Source: Chiloscyllium plagiosum (taxonomy: Eukaryota). Taken from it: a stretch of DNA of 62,231 nucleotides. The notes beneath the pieces are model-generated. The model saw only the letters and a list, made by a program, of their open reading frames with translations, ran no database searches and was not told where the DNA came from. Made by a program: the position numbers and the translations under genes. Where the stretch lies: assembly GCF_004010195.1 (NCBI RefSeq), contig NC_057718.1, forward strand, positions 90,403,758 to 90,465,988, given 5' to 3'. Below, one piece after another: positions 36,171-49,670 of this stretch (position 1 is its first letter; the number at the start of each line of letters is the position of its first letter).

Positions 36171-37388
36171 TTGATGAAACTTGAAATGTTACAGTCTTTC
36201 TTAAATGCTTAACCACAATGGGATTGCACTTTAAGGAATCACTGGGAGTCCATGCTGAGGCCAAGCGATCCACCATGCCAGCCTGAGAGTCTGCCACGCT
36301 GGCCTGCAAGTGTGATATGCAAAGCTGAAAGGAGTCAACACCCTCCATTGTCAGTGGCCAGCAGATTGCCCTACAAAAGGGTATACTGTGGTGTTGGTGG
36401 TCATTTTCCACAACAAGCTTGCATCCCAGTTGAATGGCAGCATGTTCAAGCCCTCGTACAGGATGTTCTTATAAAATACCCAAACGCTCGTGCCCAAGAA
36501 AAGCAAAGTGAAGATGGCACAAGAATACCAGAGCACATGATCAAGAGAATTCAAGCACAAATTCTTAAGCTGTGTCTAAAATTTCTCAGTGTTTTGTGTT
36601 GGTTCAACAAGGCCATCATTCAAGTGCTGACCTGCTTTTCTTGGTGCCCTCCAGTCCCACTTTTCCAGAGGGAATGAAATCCCCGCATTCAGTCAGATTC
36701 ACAGCGGATGTGAACCTGCACCCAGAAGCTGAGGCAAAAGTCTCCCTTTGATGTTATGCTTGAGATTGCCAAACACAGCCGTAGTTTTCAAACGCATTTT
36801 GACAGAATACCAGACACACAGATTTAGTAAAGGATGTATTTAACAAATTAAAACATGTAAAGCAGCGCTACCCAGTAGAGAAAAGGTCTGCACCGAATTA
36901 GCAGTGAGATGGCTGCCAAATAATTACTGCAAAATTGAAACTGGCAACTTGGGGAGAACTGACTAGAGTTCAACAACAACTTCAATCTCCTCATCCACAG
37001 AGCTTAGCGCCTGGCCAGACAGCTGATACTTGGTGACGTGCAGCAAATGCAGAATAATTGCGAAGCAAAAATTGAACTCAATAAAGAATGCACTGCATTC
37101 TGTGAAGGAATGTATGGCTTCGAGATGGGCAAAACGCAAGGGATTGGCACGAGGTAGTGAGGCTTAAGGGGACAGTGCAGGCAATGATTGCCTGAATAGT
37201 CTTCATCTGCATCCGTAACACTCCTGGGATTATGGGATATCATTTCAGCTTCACGGCACAGATTAAAAAGACATATGCATCTCGATATGCAGCCCTGCCG
37301 GGAGTGGGAAAGGTTTATGGCGTGTGAGAAACTTGGTGATCTTGTAAAGGGAAGAGAACGATCAGAGGTTAAAGTCCAAATTTCCAAA

Positions 37389-37577
37389 GTTAAAAATCAC
37401 ACAACCCCAGGTTATAGTCCAACTGGTTTAATTGGAAGCACTAGCTTTCAGAGCACTGCCAACCACCTGATAAAGGAGCAGTGCTCCGAAAGCTAGTGCT
37501 TCCAATTAAACCTGTTGGACTATAACCTGGTGTTGTGTGATTTTTAACTTTGTCCACCCCAGACCAACACCGGCACC
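37389..37577. mobile_element. Miniature fold-back PLE, family B
   Basis: Inverted arms; TSD tccaaatttccaa / tccatatttctaa (37375-37387, 37578-37590). Confidence 0.86.
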
Positions 37578-37851
37578 TCCATATTTCTAATATCTCCCTC
37601 GATGTGCTCTTGCTGGTTGTGAGGGAGGCAGAGGGAGCTAATAACTTGAGGATGAAATCTGCCAGGAGGTATGGTTCCAGGTGGTGACAAAGTTGGTGTT
37701 GGTGCTAAGTGGTTGAAAGACCTCAACAGAGCAAGGACGGTGAATACAGCAGCGCAGTCTGATGTGTTCTATCACCCCAACAGCTTCTGAAGCCTCCTCT
37801 TGCACGTGACTTTCTCCACCAATGTACCCAGCAGAGCAGCCAACCCTCTTT

Positions 37852-38187
37852 GAATCATAGAATCCCTACAGTATGGAAACACGCCCTTCAGCCCAACAAG
37901 TCCACACCAACGCTCCAAAGAGTCACCCACCCAGACCCGTTCCCCTACCCTATTATCCTATATTTACTCCTGACCAATGCACCTGAACACTACGGGCAAC
38001 CAGCACGGCCAATCCACCCTAACCTGCACATCTTTGGATTGTGGGAGGAAACCGGAGCACCCGGAGGAATCCCACACAGATGCAGGGAGAATGTGCAAAC
38101 TCTACACAGACAGTCACCTGAGGCTGGAATCGAACCTGGGTCCCTGGGGCTGTGAGGCAGCAATGCCAACCACTCAGCCACCATGCC
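37852..38187 (-). mobile_element. HE1/V-SINE
   Basis: Reverse-complement HE1. Confidence 0.9.
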
Positions 38188-38369
38188 GTCCCTTTGGTTG
38201 TACCTTCCCAGCATCCACCAGCATCACCCTTATTGTGATAGAATGCATTACCTTTCTCTAACAGTTGTAGGTCAGTCTGCACAGCTCCAGGACATCTCTG
38301 CAGATGTTCCTCAAGACAGTGTCCTAGGCTGAACCAATTTAAGCTGCTTTACCATAAACCTCTTTCCAC

Positions 38370-39372
38370 TGTATTGACCAGGCCGAATGCCCTCAAAATA
38401 TATTAACATGGGAGCCGAGACCACAACTTGTTCTTATTTTAAATATGTTGTGTTCGAGGTGCAATTCTATTGGTCAAATTACTCAACGTGAAGCAAAATA
38501 CAGTTTATTCATACACTCTAGTTAAAACACAATAAAAGAAGAAATTTTCTTTTTAGATACCTTACAGTATGGAAACAGGCCCTTCAGCCGGACAAGTCCA
38601 CGTCAACCCTCTGAAGAGCAACCCACCTCCAATTTACCCCTGACTAACACACTCAACACTATGGGCAATTTAGCATATCCAATTCACCTAACCTGTACAT
38701 TTTTGAATTGCGGGAGGAAACCAGAGCACCCAGAGAAAACTCACACAGACACGGGGAGAATGTGCAAACTCCACACAGATAGTCGCCCGGGGCTGGGATC
38801 GAACCCGGGTCCCTGTAAGGCAGCAGTGCTGACCACTGAGCCACTGTGCCATCCCTGCAGTGTGCGGCTTACCCCTGACTCCCCAAAGTCTGTCCACCAT
38901 CTATAAGTCAGGAGTCTGATGGAATAAAAGGAAAGATTTGGCTGAGCTGTAATTCTATGGAAATGTTTAACAAAATAATAAATGCAGTAACTGTTACGAA
39001 TTAACTGTTCCAATATAGTAACATCCCATAAGCAAACCCTTGGCAAAAGGCAAATTCAGAAAACAGATTGTCTCACATGTAACTCTAGCAGACTAGGGAG
39101 AAAAACATCAAGAGAAAACTTGGAGAGAGTGTAGCAGGGAGAAGTGTACTGCAGCAACAGACCCAGCGACAACTGCTACTGAAAGATTAGGAAACTAAAA
39201 ATCCTGGTTCTATTGGAGCTTGACCCTGCCCGGCCAGGCTGCTCCTATTGTTCTAACTTTTTAAAAAATCCCAAGACCTCACAAGCTGTTTACTTTAATG
39301 GACATCCTGCCACGTCTGCCTTAACACCTCTCTTAAAGGATAAAATAGACCTCTTAAAACCTCTTATCATCA
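38370..39372. mobile_element. Solo-LTR-like insertion related to 5269-5921
   Basis: Starts TG, ends CA; cleanly interrupts the LINE. Confidence 0.55.
38552..38852 (-). mobile_element. HE1/V-SINE
   Basis: Reverse-complement HE1. Confidence 0.88.
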
Positions 39373-40709
39373 AATCATCATAACGTCTGAAGTAGGGATG
39401 CTCACTGATGATTTCACAATGTTCAGCACTATTCATACTCCTCAGATACTGAAGCAGTTATGTTCAAATGCAACAAGACCTGGATAATATTCAAGCTTGA
39501 CTGAAAGATGGCAAGTAACATTCATGGCATGTAAATGCCAGGCAATGATCATCTTCAACAAGAGGGAATCAAATTATCATCACTTGACATTTTTGGACTG
39601 TGGGACATTTTGGACAATGGCTTTGCCATCACTGAATCCCTCACTACTAACATCCTGGGAGTTACCATTGACCAGAATCTGAACTGGACTAACCATATGA
39701 ACACTGTGGCTACAAGAGTAGGTCAGAGTTTAAGAACCCAGCAGTGAGTGACTCACCTATGACTCTCCAAGCCTGTCCACCATCTACAAGTCAGGAATGT
39801 GATGGAATACTCCCCATTTTCCTGGATGTATGCAGCTCCAACAACACTCAAGAAGCTTCACACCATCCAGGACAAAGCTGCCTGATTGATTAGCACCACA
39901 TCCACAAACATCCATTCCTCCAACACCGACGCTCAGTCGCAGCAGTGTGTACCATCAACAAGACGCACTGCAGAAATTCACTGAAGTTCCTTACACATCA
40001 TCTTCCAAACCCACAACCACTTTCATCTAGATAGACAAAGGCAGCAGATGCATGGGAACACCACCACCTTCTAGTTCCCCTTCAAGCCACTCACTATCCT
40101 GACTTGGAAATAGATTGCTGTTCCTTCAGTGTCGCTGGGTAAAAATCCTGAAATTTCCTCCCTAATGGCATTGTGGGTCAACCTACAGCAGGTGGGCTGC
40201 AACGGTTCAAGAAGGCAGCTCACCACCACCTCCTCAAGGGGGTAATTGGGGACAGGCAATAAATGCTGGGGCCAGCCAGCAATGCCCAAGTCCCTTGAAG
40301 TTTTGTAAAAAATATTAATTAAAAAATCACCTTTATCCAATGCACTGTATCCTATGGGTGAACATAGGCCATTTCTCTAACTCATCGATCACTTGTAGAA
40401 GGAGAGAACAGAGAAGTGAGACAGAGGTGTGCGGGATAACCTGGGATGGATCTCCAGCTACTTCGTTATAACAGCAACAGAGAAGGAGGGGTCATAATTC
40501 AATGGAGTCTCGGTGGGCTCAGTCAGTGAAGTTTGGAGAATGGGAGCCCTCCTGTTTAGCTCGGTGAGGGGATTAAGTCTCAGGCAGCCATGAGGCATGC
40601 ACCAATCAGCCAGAGGGCACAGACTACAACAAACCATGCTCACTGGATACAGCTCACTGGATCCGGGGGTGGGGGATGGACTGATGGATGAGTTGGCGCC
40701 AATTGTTGC

Positions 40710-41610
40710 TGAGACACTGGCCTTCTTTGGTCAGAGCATTGAGTATAGGAGTTGGGAGGTCATGTTGTGGCTGTACAGGACATTGGTTAGGCCATTTTTG
40801 GAATTTTGATTCCAATTCTGATCTCACTGCTATAGGAAAGATGTTGTGAAACATAAAATTGTTTGGAAAACGACATTGCTGGTATTGGAGGGTTTGAGCT
40901 GCAGGGGGAGGCTGAATAGACTGGAACTGTTTTCCCTGGAGTGTCGGAGGCCGAGGGGTGTAACCTTATAAAGGTTTATAAAATCATGAGGGGCACAAAT
41001 GGGATAAATAGGTTTGTTTCCTAGGGTAAGGGAGTCAAAAACGAGAAAGCAGGTTTAAGGTGAGAGGGGAAATGTTTAGAAGGGACCTAAGAAGCAACTT
41101 TTTCCACGCAGAGCATGGTGTGTGTATGGAATGAGCTGCCATACGGTGGAGCTTGGTATGATTGCAGCATTTAAAAGGCATCTGGATGGGCAGCACATTG
41201 GCTCTGTGGTTAGCACCGCTGCCTCACAGCACCAGGGATGCTGGTTCGATTCTACCCTCAGGCAACTGCTAGTGTGGAGTTTGCACGTTCTCCCCGGGTC
41301 TGTGCGGGTTTCCTCCGGGTGCTCCGGTTTCCTCCTACGGTCCACAGTTGCGCAGGTTAGGTGGATTGTCTGTGGGAAATGAGGGTTTCAGGGGGAGGGT
41401 AGAGGGCGTGGTTCACGGTAGGATGTTCTTCGGAGGGTTGATATGGACTTGATGGGCTGAATGGCTGGCTTTCACAGTGCAGGGACTCTATAATGATGAC
41501 TTGGAAGGTTTAGAGGGATACGGGCTAAATGTTAGCAGATTGGACAGGATTGATTTGGAATAAATGGATACGTTGGACCAAAGGGTTTGTTTCTGCGCTG
41601 TTCAACTCTG
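40710..41610 (+). mobile_element. CR1 3' fragment containing an HE1 SINE at about 41190-41470
   Basis: QSIEYRSWEVMLWLYRTLVRPFLE; HE1 boxes and V core inside. Confidence 0.85.
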
Positions 41611-42149
41611 GGCTGTCGAGAATCAGTGTTGCGTTGAGAGCTGGTCAAAGCACATTGTTGACATGAGCAGAGAGACAGAGTGTGAGGAGTCCACTTTGAT
41701 CATGGGCAGGATCCTGCCACTGGGACCAACATGCCACTTCCATGGACCATCAGGTGTGGCACTGTAATGAGAGCATGCAAGCAATCAGAAGTTTCTTTCA
41801 GTGAGACATACCTTAACCTAGGCCTCAGGCTTCCCGCACCCCCCTGATCTACACTGAGTTGTCCGCAATCAGAATGGCAGGAGGAAGGTGCAGCTGGGGG
41901 TTGAAAGAGATTATGGTGAATAGGAGCCTGGGAAGGTAGATTCGAATGAAATTAATGCTGACGTACCCAACAATGCCCATATCGCATGAATGACAGAAAC
42001 AAACTTCTCATCCAATGCCGCAGCATCAGTCAGTGTCCAGAATTATAATGATGGATATCAAAATGGAAAAGGAAAATTCTTCTTTGGCCAATATTTGTTT
42101 AAAGAGATGTCCCTATCCATAAATCCTTGATGGCAAAAGAGCAGGTGGA

Positions 42150-42740
42150 TAAGATGGCACATTACATTTATTAGTCAAAACATTGAATACAAGAGCAAGG
42201 AAGTTATGATTGAGCTGCTTAAGACATTAAGTTGGCCACAGCTGAAGTACTGTGTGTATTCCTGGTCACCATTCAACAGGAGGAATATGATCGTACCAGA
42301 GAAGGTGCAGGAGAGGTTCACCAGGATATCTTACTGGGATGGAGTGCTTCAGCTATGAAGAGATAGGTTGGAGTTGTGTTCCTTGGAGCAGAGAAGGCTG
42401 AGGGGAGCCCTGAGTGAGATCTATAAAATTAGGAGGGCTTGCACTTGATCAATAGGAAGACACTGTTCCCCTTAGTCAATGGACAGGGTCAAAGCAGAGG
42501 TCAGAAGGTTGAGAGAGGATTAAAGGCAACTTCTTTTCACCCAGAGAATGGTCGATATCTGGAACACACTGCCGTTAAAAGGTGGCAGAGGTGGAAACTA
42601 TCACAACATTTACGAAATATTTCAAGTCAAGTGCTGGGAAATGGGAATCTAATAGAATAGAATAGACAGGAGTTTGATGATCTCCATGGACATAATGGGC
42701 TAAGGCACTCTTTCTGTAGTGTATTATTCAATGGTTTTAG
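42150..42740 (+). mobile_element. Older CR1 3' fragment
   Basis: attgaatacaagagcaaggaagttatg...gtactgtgtgtattcctggtcacc. Confidence 0.75.
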
Positions 42741-42934
42741 GCAACAGAAAGACTAAACAAGAGTAATGTAATGGATATAATATGTCTAGATTTCCAAAAG
42801 CTTTAGAAAATGGCACCACATAATATATTAATGAATTAGGTCACAGACCTAATTAGGTAAGTCAAAGTATGGATAGTTAGTTGGCTGCCAGATAGAAGGC
42901 AGACTGCAATATTAAAAGAAATTGAACCAGAGTG

Positions 42935-43268
42935 CAGAAAGGCAGAAGATACCAGAGCGTTCGGTCTCTCACGGCCAGACTGTGCGGCAGTTTCTTCCCC
43001 CAAGCCATCAGGCTCCTTACCACTGTGTGATCGGACTCTTTCCCATCTGACATTCTTTGCATGATTTCGAATTGCTTCTCGAAAAATGTCTATCATTTAT
43101 CATTCTTCTATTACACTGTAACTTGCGTGTTTTGCACTTCTTATGCACTTTATACCATGTACGATTGTGCTGTCCATGTAGCACCCTCTGTCCTGGAGGA
43201 ACGCTGTCTCGTTTTTAGTGTATCTGCTGTATATGGTAGAAATGACAAATAAAAAGTTACTACTACTA
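42935..43268 (+). mobile_element. Rex1/Babar 3' end inside an old CR1 fragment
   Basis: GRRYQSVRSLTARLCGSFFPQAIRLL; aataaaa and (tac)n tail. Confidence 0.75.
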
Positions 43269-43679
43269 GAAAGAGGGGTCAGACCTAGAATCGCTGTTGT
43301 TCTCTTTATATACAACCGATCTAGATATCAGAAACACAGTCACAATTTCTAAATTTATCCCACCAAATCAGGTGGGATAGTCATCACTGAGGAAGGCTTT
43401 AACAAGTTCGAAGGTATTAATAAGTGACACCTAATTAGCAAATTAATTTAATCAAAGCTAAGGATTTCTATCTTGACAAAAAAGACAAGTCACTTATTAC
43501 TTGGAAAATAAGGACATAAGTGTGATAGAGGTGTAGGATTGAGTTTACCTTTCAACAATTAGTTGTAATTGAATCAAATGTAATGTGATAATAAAGCAAG
43601 TGAGGTGTTACTATTATGTTCTGTTTAATTGTGGTCAATATAAAATACAGTCTGTTGTAAGTGAGAATGGCGACATGAT

Positions 43680-45590
43680 CCTGCTCAAGAGTGATATCAT
43701 GAGCTTATGGTTTTCTTATTGATTTTATAGCCCCACCATAACGTAAACTGGAACACCACCTTGAAGTGGAATAGCTTTGGATCAAGACACACTATTATAT
43801 GTCCTTGATTAGTTTGTAGCTTAAAGAGCCGTCAGGAGAAATGGTCTCTTCCACAGTACATAACTGACCTAAATGCATACATTAATCTGGAATCAAGTTC
43901 TCTAATTGGATTTATGCAATTATTTCTTATAAGGCAACTAGACAGTACAAATTTACTATAGTGATAAAGTTGGATTGCTGAGAGTGGGCTGTGGTCTAAT
44001 GAGAATTCTTGTAAACATGATTTCTCTGGGGAATAAAGCGAATTCCTAGTTAACTCGGTCTTAGCACAGAGTCATTGTGAAGTCATGCATCATGGTTATT
44101 TAAATTAAACTGCATTGATAGGCTCTTGAATTCTCTAGGATACCCGAATATATGAATTAGACGTTTGGGATGACAGTAAGGATTAGGATGTGATACCACT
44201 TGTCAAACAAGCAGACCATATGGTGCCTCACTAACTTAACAGACAGCTATAAATTTGGTGGGCTGTAGTTGGGGCTTTCTTTAACTCAACCAACACCACT
44301 CAATATTGGTATAACACATTTAGCGTAACAAAGGCTGATATTTCTGTAGCCCTTGATGTTAATGGCTCTCGCCAGGACATCTTCAATAGATCAGTCTTAT
44401 TAAGGAATGAAACACTGTTAACCTTACCAATGCAGTCTGCTAACCAAGTAATGTGTATGAATCTGTCTTTATCACTGTATCTACCTTTCTACGGTCTGTA
44501 CAGAATCGAGTTGATCCATCAGTTGAGGACCGGTGAATTCTAGTTGCTTTGCCTAGATAGAAGTTGATAAGATTATGAATGGCATGGATAGAGTGGAAAG
44601 CATGAGGCCTTTTCCTGGGGGGGGGGGGGGATCAATTACTAGGGGAGGCAAGTTCAAGGTGCGAGGGGGGATGCAGTTTAACAGAGCTGTGTGAGGCAGG
44701 TTTTTCACACAAAGGGTGGTGAATGCCTGTAACGTGCTGCCAAAGGAGGTGGGGGAAGCAGACGCAATAGCAACATCCAAGAGGCACCTGGACAAATATA
44801 TGAATTGGAAGGGAATAGAGGGATACATATCTTGTAAGTGAAGACAGGTTTGGTATAGAATGTGTTGGCGCAGGCTGGGAGGGCCAAAGGACTTGTTCCT
44901 GTGCTGTTATTGCTCTTTGTTCTTTTGTTCGAGATTGACCAGACGAAAGGATTGAATCTCCAGCTCTCCCAAGATTTGTTTCTCTTGGTTCAGTTGACAA
45001 GGGTGCTGCTGAATGAGAACTGACCCTCCTATGTCCACTTCACATCCTTAGGTAGCTGGGCATCTACGCATATCACTACAGATATCTTATACTTCCTTCA
45101 TTATATTCTTTTCAATTTCATTTCCTTTTCACTCACTTTCTCTGCCATCTACGGTCAGCATGGACTGGTTGAACTGAAGCATCTGTTTCTGTGCTGTACG
45201 ACTGTATGACTCCATCTCTGGTTTCTCTGATCTCTCCTCATGGTAAAACTGCATTGACTGTAAATATATCACTTAAATCTGTACCTGGAGTACTTGGCCT
45301 CTCTTGTATTTCCTCCAAATCCATGTACCATGATAGTACCTCAATCATTTCTGTTTTCCTAGTTCTGCCCAGGCAATGCGACCTTCAGTTTACCCACCAA
45401 TTCAAGCAACTCAAGTTGTGGAAGTTCCATTAAGACTGTCAGGGCCAATTCTGCCACCTGCAGGAAATTCTTTGCCTCTTCCAATGTCATGTCCTAAATG
45501 CAGTATGGAAACTAATGATTAATTTCATTTCTGTTATTTACAAATACTCAGATCCTCAGATTCGCATCAGTCCTCAATGAGCCCCCAAGC
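43680..45590 (-). mobile_element. Decayed, internally deleted Gypsy element (gag start, RT)
   Basis: DGSTRFCTDRRKVDTVIKTDSY...DCIGKV...KTDLLKMSWREPLTSRATEISAFVT at about 44290-44525; PBS-like tgggggctc at 45579-45587. Confidence 0.75.
44554..44930 (+). mobile_element. CR1 3' fragment inserted in Gypsy
   Basis: tttttcacacaaagggtggtgaatgcctg; (tgttctt) tail. Confidence 0.82.
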
Positions 45591-46238
45591 ATTTCCACTG
45601 GAGTCGTGCATTGGAAATCAGGCCCTGCTATTCCTTCAGTTGCATTAAAGGTGTTTTTTTTTATTTTAATTTTAATTCTTAATTTTTAAAAGTTTTAACT
45701 TGTAAAAAATCGGTCAAATTTTCCAATGCACTTGTCTTTTAGACTCAGGTTGACAGAAAACAGAGCAGGTTTCTGTCCTTATTCATAAAAAGACACAGCT
45801 TAAAGCAACAGATGAGTGGAAATAAAATGGTCATCTTCACACTTGGGATGCTTAACACTTCAGGATAAAATAGCTCCTTCCCTTTCAGAGTTCTCTTAGG
45901 TCCTCCCCAAATGTTCGCACCAAGCTCTTCAGCTACCTGGGAGCCAATCACATAGTTGTTCACAAGCAGAAGGTCTTTGTCATTGACAACTGGTCACTGG
46001 TCTGGAGACCAATCGGACACTTGCTGCTGGCTAAGTCACCATTTGTACATAGCCCCCGGCTCCAGCTCAGCTAGAACTTGGCTTCACCAACTGCTTCAGC
46101 CAACAGCTGTGTAAGCAGCACTTGCAATAAGCATGAGGCAAGTTGCTTTTAAAGTTGCAGCAATTTTTCAACAAATTGGCTTTTAAAACCGACACTTTTC
46201 ATATTTTGGTTGGGAATCAAAAATACAGCAAGAGAAAA

Positions 46239-46659
46239 GTTTGTGTAAAGGTTTGTATCTCGGGTGCCAGTTACCGAAATGGGAGGTTGATTTGGAGACG
46301 TTTCATCCCCTTTCTAGGTGACATCCTCTAAGCTGTCCTTAATAGCCAAACACACAGATAACAAGGACCACAAATTCAACTGGGACAACACAACAATCAA
46401 AGGATGAGCTAAACAGAGGACAGCAAGAGAATTCCGTGAAGCCTGGCACTCATCCACGGACTCTATCTATAAACACATTGACCTGGACCCAATATACCGG
46501 CCGCTGCATCGATCAACCAGTACTGGGAATGGGGAGCAGCAGGAACTAAACCAAATAAATACCAAATGACACAGGGCAACAGCACTTCACAGGAAGCTCC
46601 ACAGCACTGTAGATAGTGGCACCTACAAACCTTCAGCCAAAATACCACTTTGTACAAAC
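46239..46659. mobile_element. PLE family E (Poseidon-like C-terminus), inverted structure
   Basis: SLIAKHTDNKDHKFNWDNTTI...AREFREAWHSSTDSIYKHIDLDPIYRPL on +; inverted terminal piece 46239-46330 with HHR-like gaggatgtcacctagaaaggggatgaaacgtc. Confidence 0.7.
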
Positions 46660-48425
46660 CCGTTATCTGTGAAGCCCCCACCACCCGTTTCTACCTCCTA
46701 CCAAAGATTCACAAACCTGCCTTCCCTGGTCGACCAATTGTCTCAGCCTACTCCTGTCCCACTGAACTCATCTCTGCATTGATTGACACCGTCCTGTCCC
46801 CCTTCACCCAGGAACTCTCTACCTACTTTCCGGACACCACCTACACCCTCCACCTTCTCCAAGATTTTTGTTTCCTCGGCCCCCAACACCTCATCTTCAC
46901 CATGGACATCCAGTCCCTCTACACATCCAGCCCTCCATTTCTTTCTCTCACACTGTCCCAACCAGTACCCTTCCACCGATACCCTCATCCACCTGACTGA
47001 ACTGGTCCTCACCCTTAACAACTTCTCCTTCCAATCATCCCACTTCCTCCAGACGAAAGGGGTAGCCATGGGCCCCCACATGGGTCCCAGTTATGGCTGC
47101 GTCTTTGTCGGGTATATGGAACAGTCCATCTTCCACAGCTATACCGGTACCATCCCCCATGTTTTCCTCCGCTACATCAATGACTGTATCGGTGCTATCT
47201 TGTGCTCCCATGAGGAGGTTGAACAGTTCATCAATGTCACCAATACATTCCACCCCTACCTCAAATTCACCTGGACCATCTCATACACCTCCCTCCCCTT
47301 CCTGGACCTCTGCATCTCTATCTCTGGCGACCAATTAACCACGGACATATACTACAAACTCACCAACTCTCACAGCTATCTGGACTACACCTCCTCCCAC
47401 CCTGCCTCCTGTAAAAACATCATCGCTTATTCCCAATTCCTCCGCCTCTGCCACATATGATCCCGAGATGACCAATTCCACCTTAGAAAATCCCAGGTGG
47501 CCACCTTCTTCCAACTTCGCAATTTCTCTTCCGACATGTTTGACAATGACCCCTAGCACATCTCCTCCACTTCCCACACCACTGCCCTTGAACCCCACCC
47601 CTTCCAACAGAACTAGGACAGAACGCCCCAGTCCTCATCTTTTACCCCACCAACCTTTGCATACATCACATCATTCTCCGGCATTTCCGCCACCTACAAA
47701 CGGACCCCACCACCAGAGATTTCCCCCCTCACCTCCGTCCAAGGCCCCAAAGGATCTTTCCACATCTGACAGAAATTTACCTGTACCTCCACCCATGTCA
47801 TCTACTGCATCCGTCACACCCGATGTGGTCTCCTCTACATCAGGGAGACAAGACACCTACTTGCAGATCAGTTCAGAGAACATCTCTGGGACACCTGCAC
47901 CAACCAACCCCATCCCCCCATGGCTGATCACTTCAACACCCCCTCCCATTCCACCAAGGACACGCTGGTCTGAGCCTCCTCCATTGCCAAATCCTTACCA
48001 CCCGATGCCCGGAGGAAGAACGCCTCATATTCCGCCTTGGGACTCTGCAACCACATGGCATCAATGTGTATTTCAACAGTTTCCTCATTTCTCCTCCCCC
48101 ACATTATTCCAATCCCAAGCTGCCAACTTGGCACCACCCTCCTGACCTGTCCATCACCTTTCCCATCTCTCCGCTCCACCCTCCTCTCCAAGCTATCACC
48201 TTCTCTCCCACCTCCATTTACCTATCGCATTCTTAGCTACCTTCCCTGCAGCCCCACCCCTCTCCCATTTATCTCTCAGCCCTCCGGCCCACAAGCCTCA
48301 TTCCTGATGAAGGGCTTATGCCCGAAATGTCGATTCGCCTGCTCCTCGGATGCTACTGACCTGCTGTGCTTTTCCAGCACCACACTCTCGACTCTGATCT
48401 CCAGCATCAGCTGTCCTCACTTTCT
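46660..48425 (+). mobile_element. Long PLE family A (Neptune-like): RT, GIY-YIG and 3' HHR module, frameshifted
   Basis: RFYLLPKIHKP..PGRPIVS, FTMDIQSLYT, QTKGVAMG, FLRYIND, FTCTSTHVIYCIR..RCGLLYIRET; HHR at 48300-48335. Confidence 0.92.
48300..48335 (+). ncRNA. Hammerhead motif in the PLE 3' module
   Basis: AUUC CUGAUGA A GGGC UUAU GCCC GAAA UG UC GAUU. Confidence 0.72.
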
Positions 48426-48700
48426 ACTACACAAAAAATTGGAACTGTTTTCCTAAGAAATGTGAGAAACACCATTCTCCAACCCCAAAATTGTTTGCTC
48501 AAAGGCTTATTTGGTATCCCAAGCAGTCATGTTTGATTTGGTTTTCCAGGGTCGGGCAGTCACTCAGGTCACTTTCGTGATTAGTATCCTATTCTTGTGT
48601 TATTCTCCTTCACACTCAGTCTGGTGTTAACTACGCAAGTGGCGTAGTTTCAATTGGTATGAAAATCTCAGACAGGGTTTATTAACAGTCTATATCAATG

Positions 48701-49670
48701 GTTAAAAATCACACAACACCAGGTTATAGTCCAACAGGTTTATTTGGAAGCACTAGCTTTCGGAGCACTGCTCCTTTGTTGTGGAGTACAAGATCATAAG
48801 ACACAGAATTTATAGCAAAAGTTTACAGTGTGATGTAACTGAAATTATATATTGAAAAAGTCCTGGATTGTTGGTTAAGTCACTCATCTTTTCGAATGAT
48901 CGTGTTGGTTTCAGTTCTTTCATACGTAAATTCCAGAACTTCCTTTAAAAGTTACATTCTCACGTGAACTTTAGCAATAGGTGCCAAGTCAGCCCAGATA
49001 ATGCACTGAAGGTGTGAGGTGCCCTGTGTGAGGCCGTCTGTGCCACAATGTTCAGACTGATTCTAATTTAAAAAGGGGATTTACAGAATCATACATGGAT
49101 TCATGCAGTTTTTGAGCAAAATAAAATATAATTCTGCAAGTACAAATTCAACCCACAAACTGGGTGTGTGTGTGTGTGCACGTGGGCATGTGGGTGTGGG
49201 GGTGCATGAGTGTCTGTGAGAGAGTGTGTGTATGTGTATGTGTGTGAGTGGGACTGGAAAGGGGTATAAGTCTGTGAGAGGGTGCATGTGTGTGCGAGTG
49301 TGAGTATGTACGTGTGAGCGTCTGAGACAGAGCTTGTGTATGAGAGAGGGTCTGTGTGAATGTATGGGTCTGTAGGAGTGTGTGTGTGTGTAATGCAATG
49401 AGGTCCCCTGTAGTGTGACATGAACCCAGGGTCCCAGTTGAGACCATCCCCATGGGTACCGAACTTGGCTATCAACCTCTGCTCGGCCACATTGCGTTGT
49501 TGCCTGTCTGAAGTCCACCTTGGAGGAGGTTCACCCGGAGGTCTGAGGTCATATGCCCCAGACCATTGAAATGTTCTCTGATTGGGAGGGAACACTCATG
49601 ACTGGCGATTGTTGTGCAGTGTTCATTCATCCATTGCTATAGCCTCTGCTCGGTATCGCCAGTGTACCAT
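48701..49670 (-). mobile_element. Long PLE family B: GIY-YIG C-terminus, CA-rich 3' UTR, 3' module
   Basis: WYTGDTEQRL..WMNEH...LPIREHFNGLGH...AEQRLIAKFGTHGDGLNWDPGFMSHY; ends gatttttaac. Confidence 0.88.

Larger units (their letters stand above)
38270..40300 (+). mobile_element. LINE family 2, RT to 3' end, interrupted at 38370-39372
   Basis: Homologous to 12722-13710; RT breaks at 38370 and resumes at the SEVGM motif. Confidence 0.85.

Noticed and set aside
36013..36677. Overlapping 69-141 aa ORFs as a host gene
   Set aside because: No recognisable domain, competing frames on both strands and no convincing splice structure; a BLASTx search would settle it.
48550..48656. Plus-strand exon with good AG/GT signals
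   Set aside because: Stops occur in all three frames.
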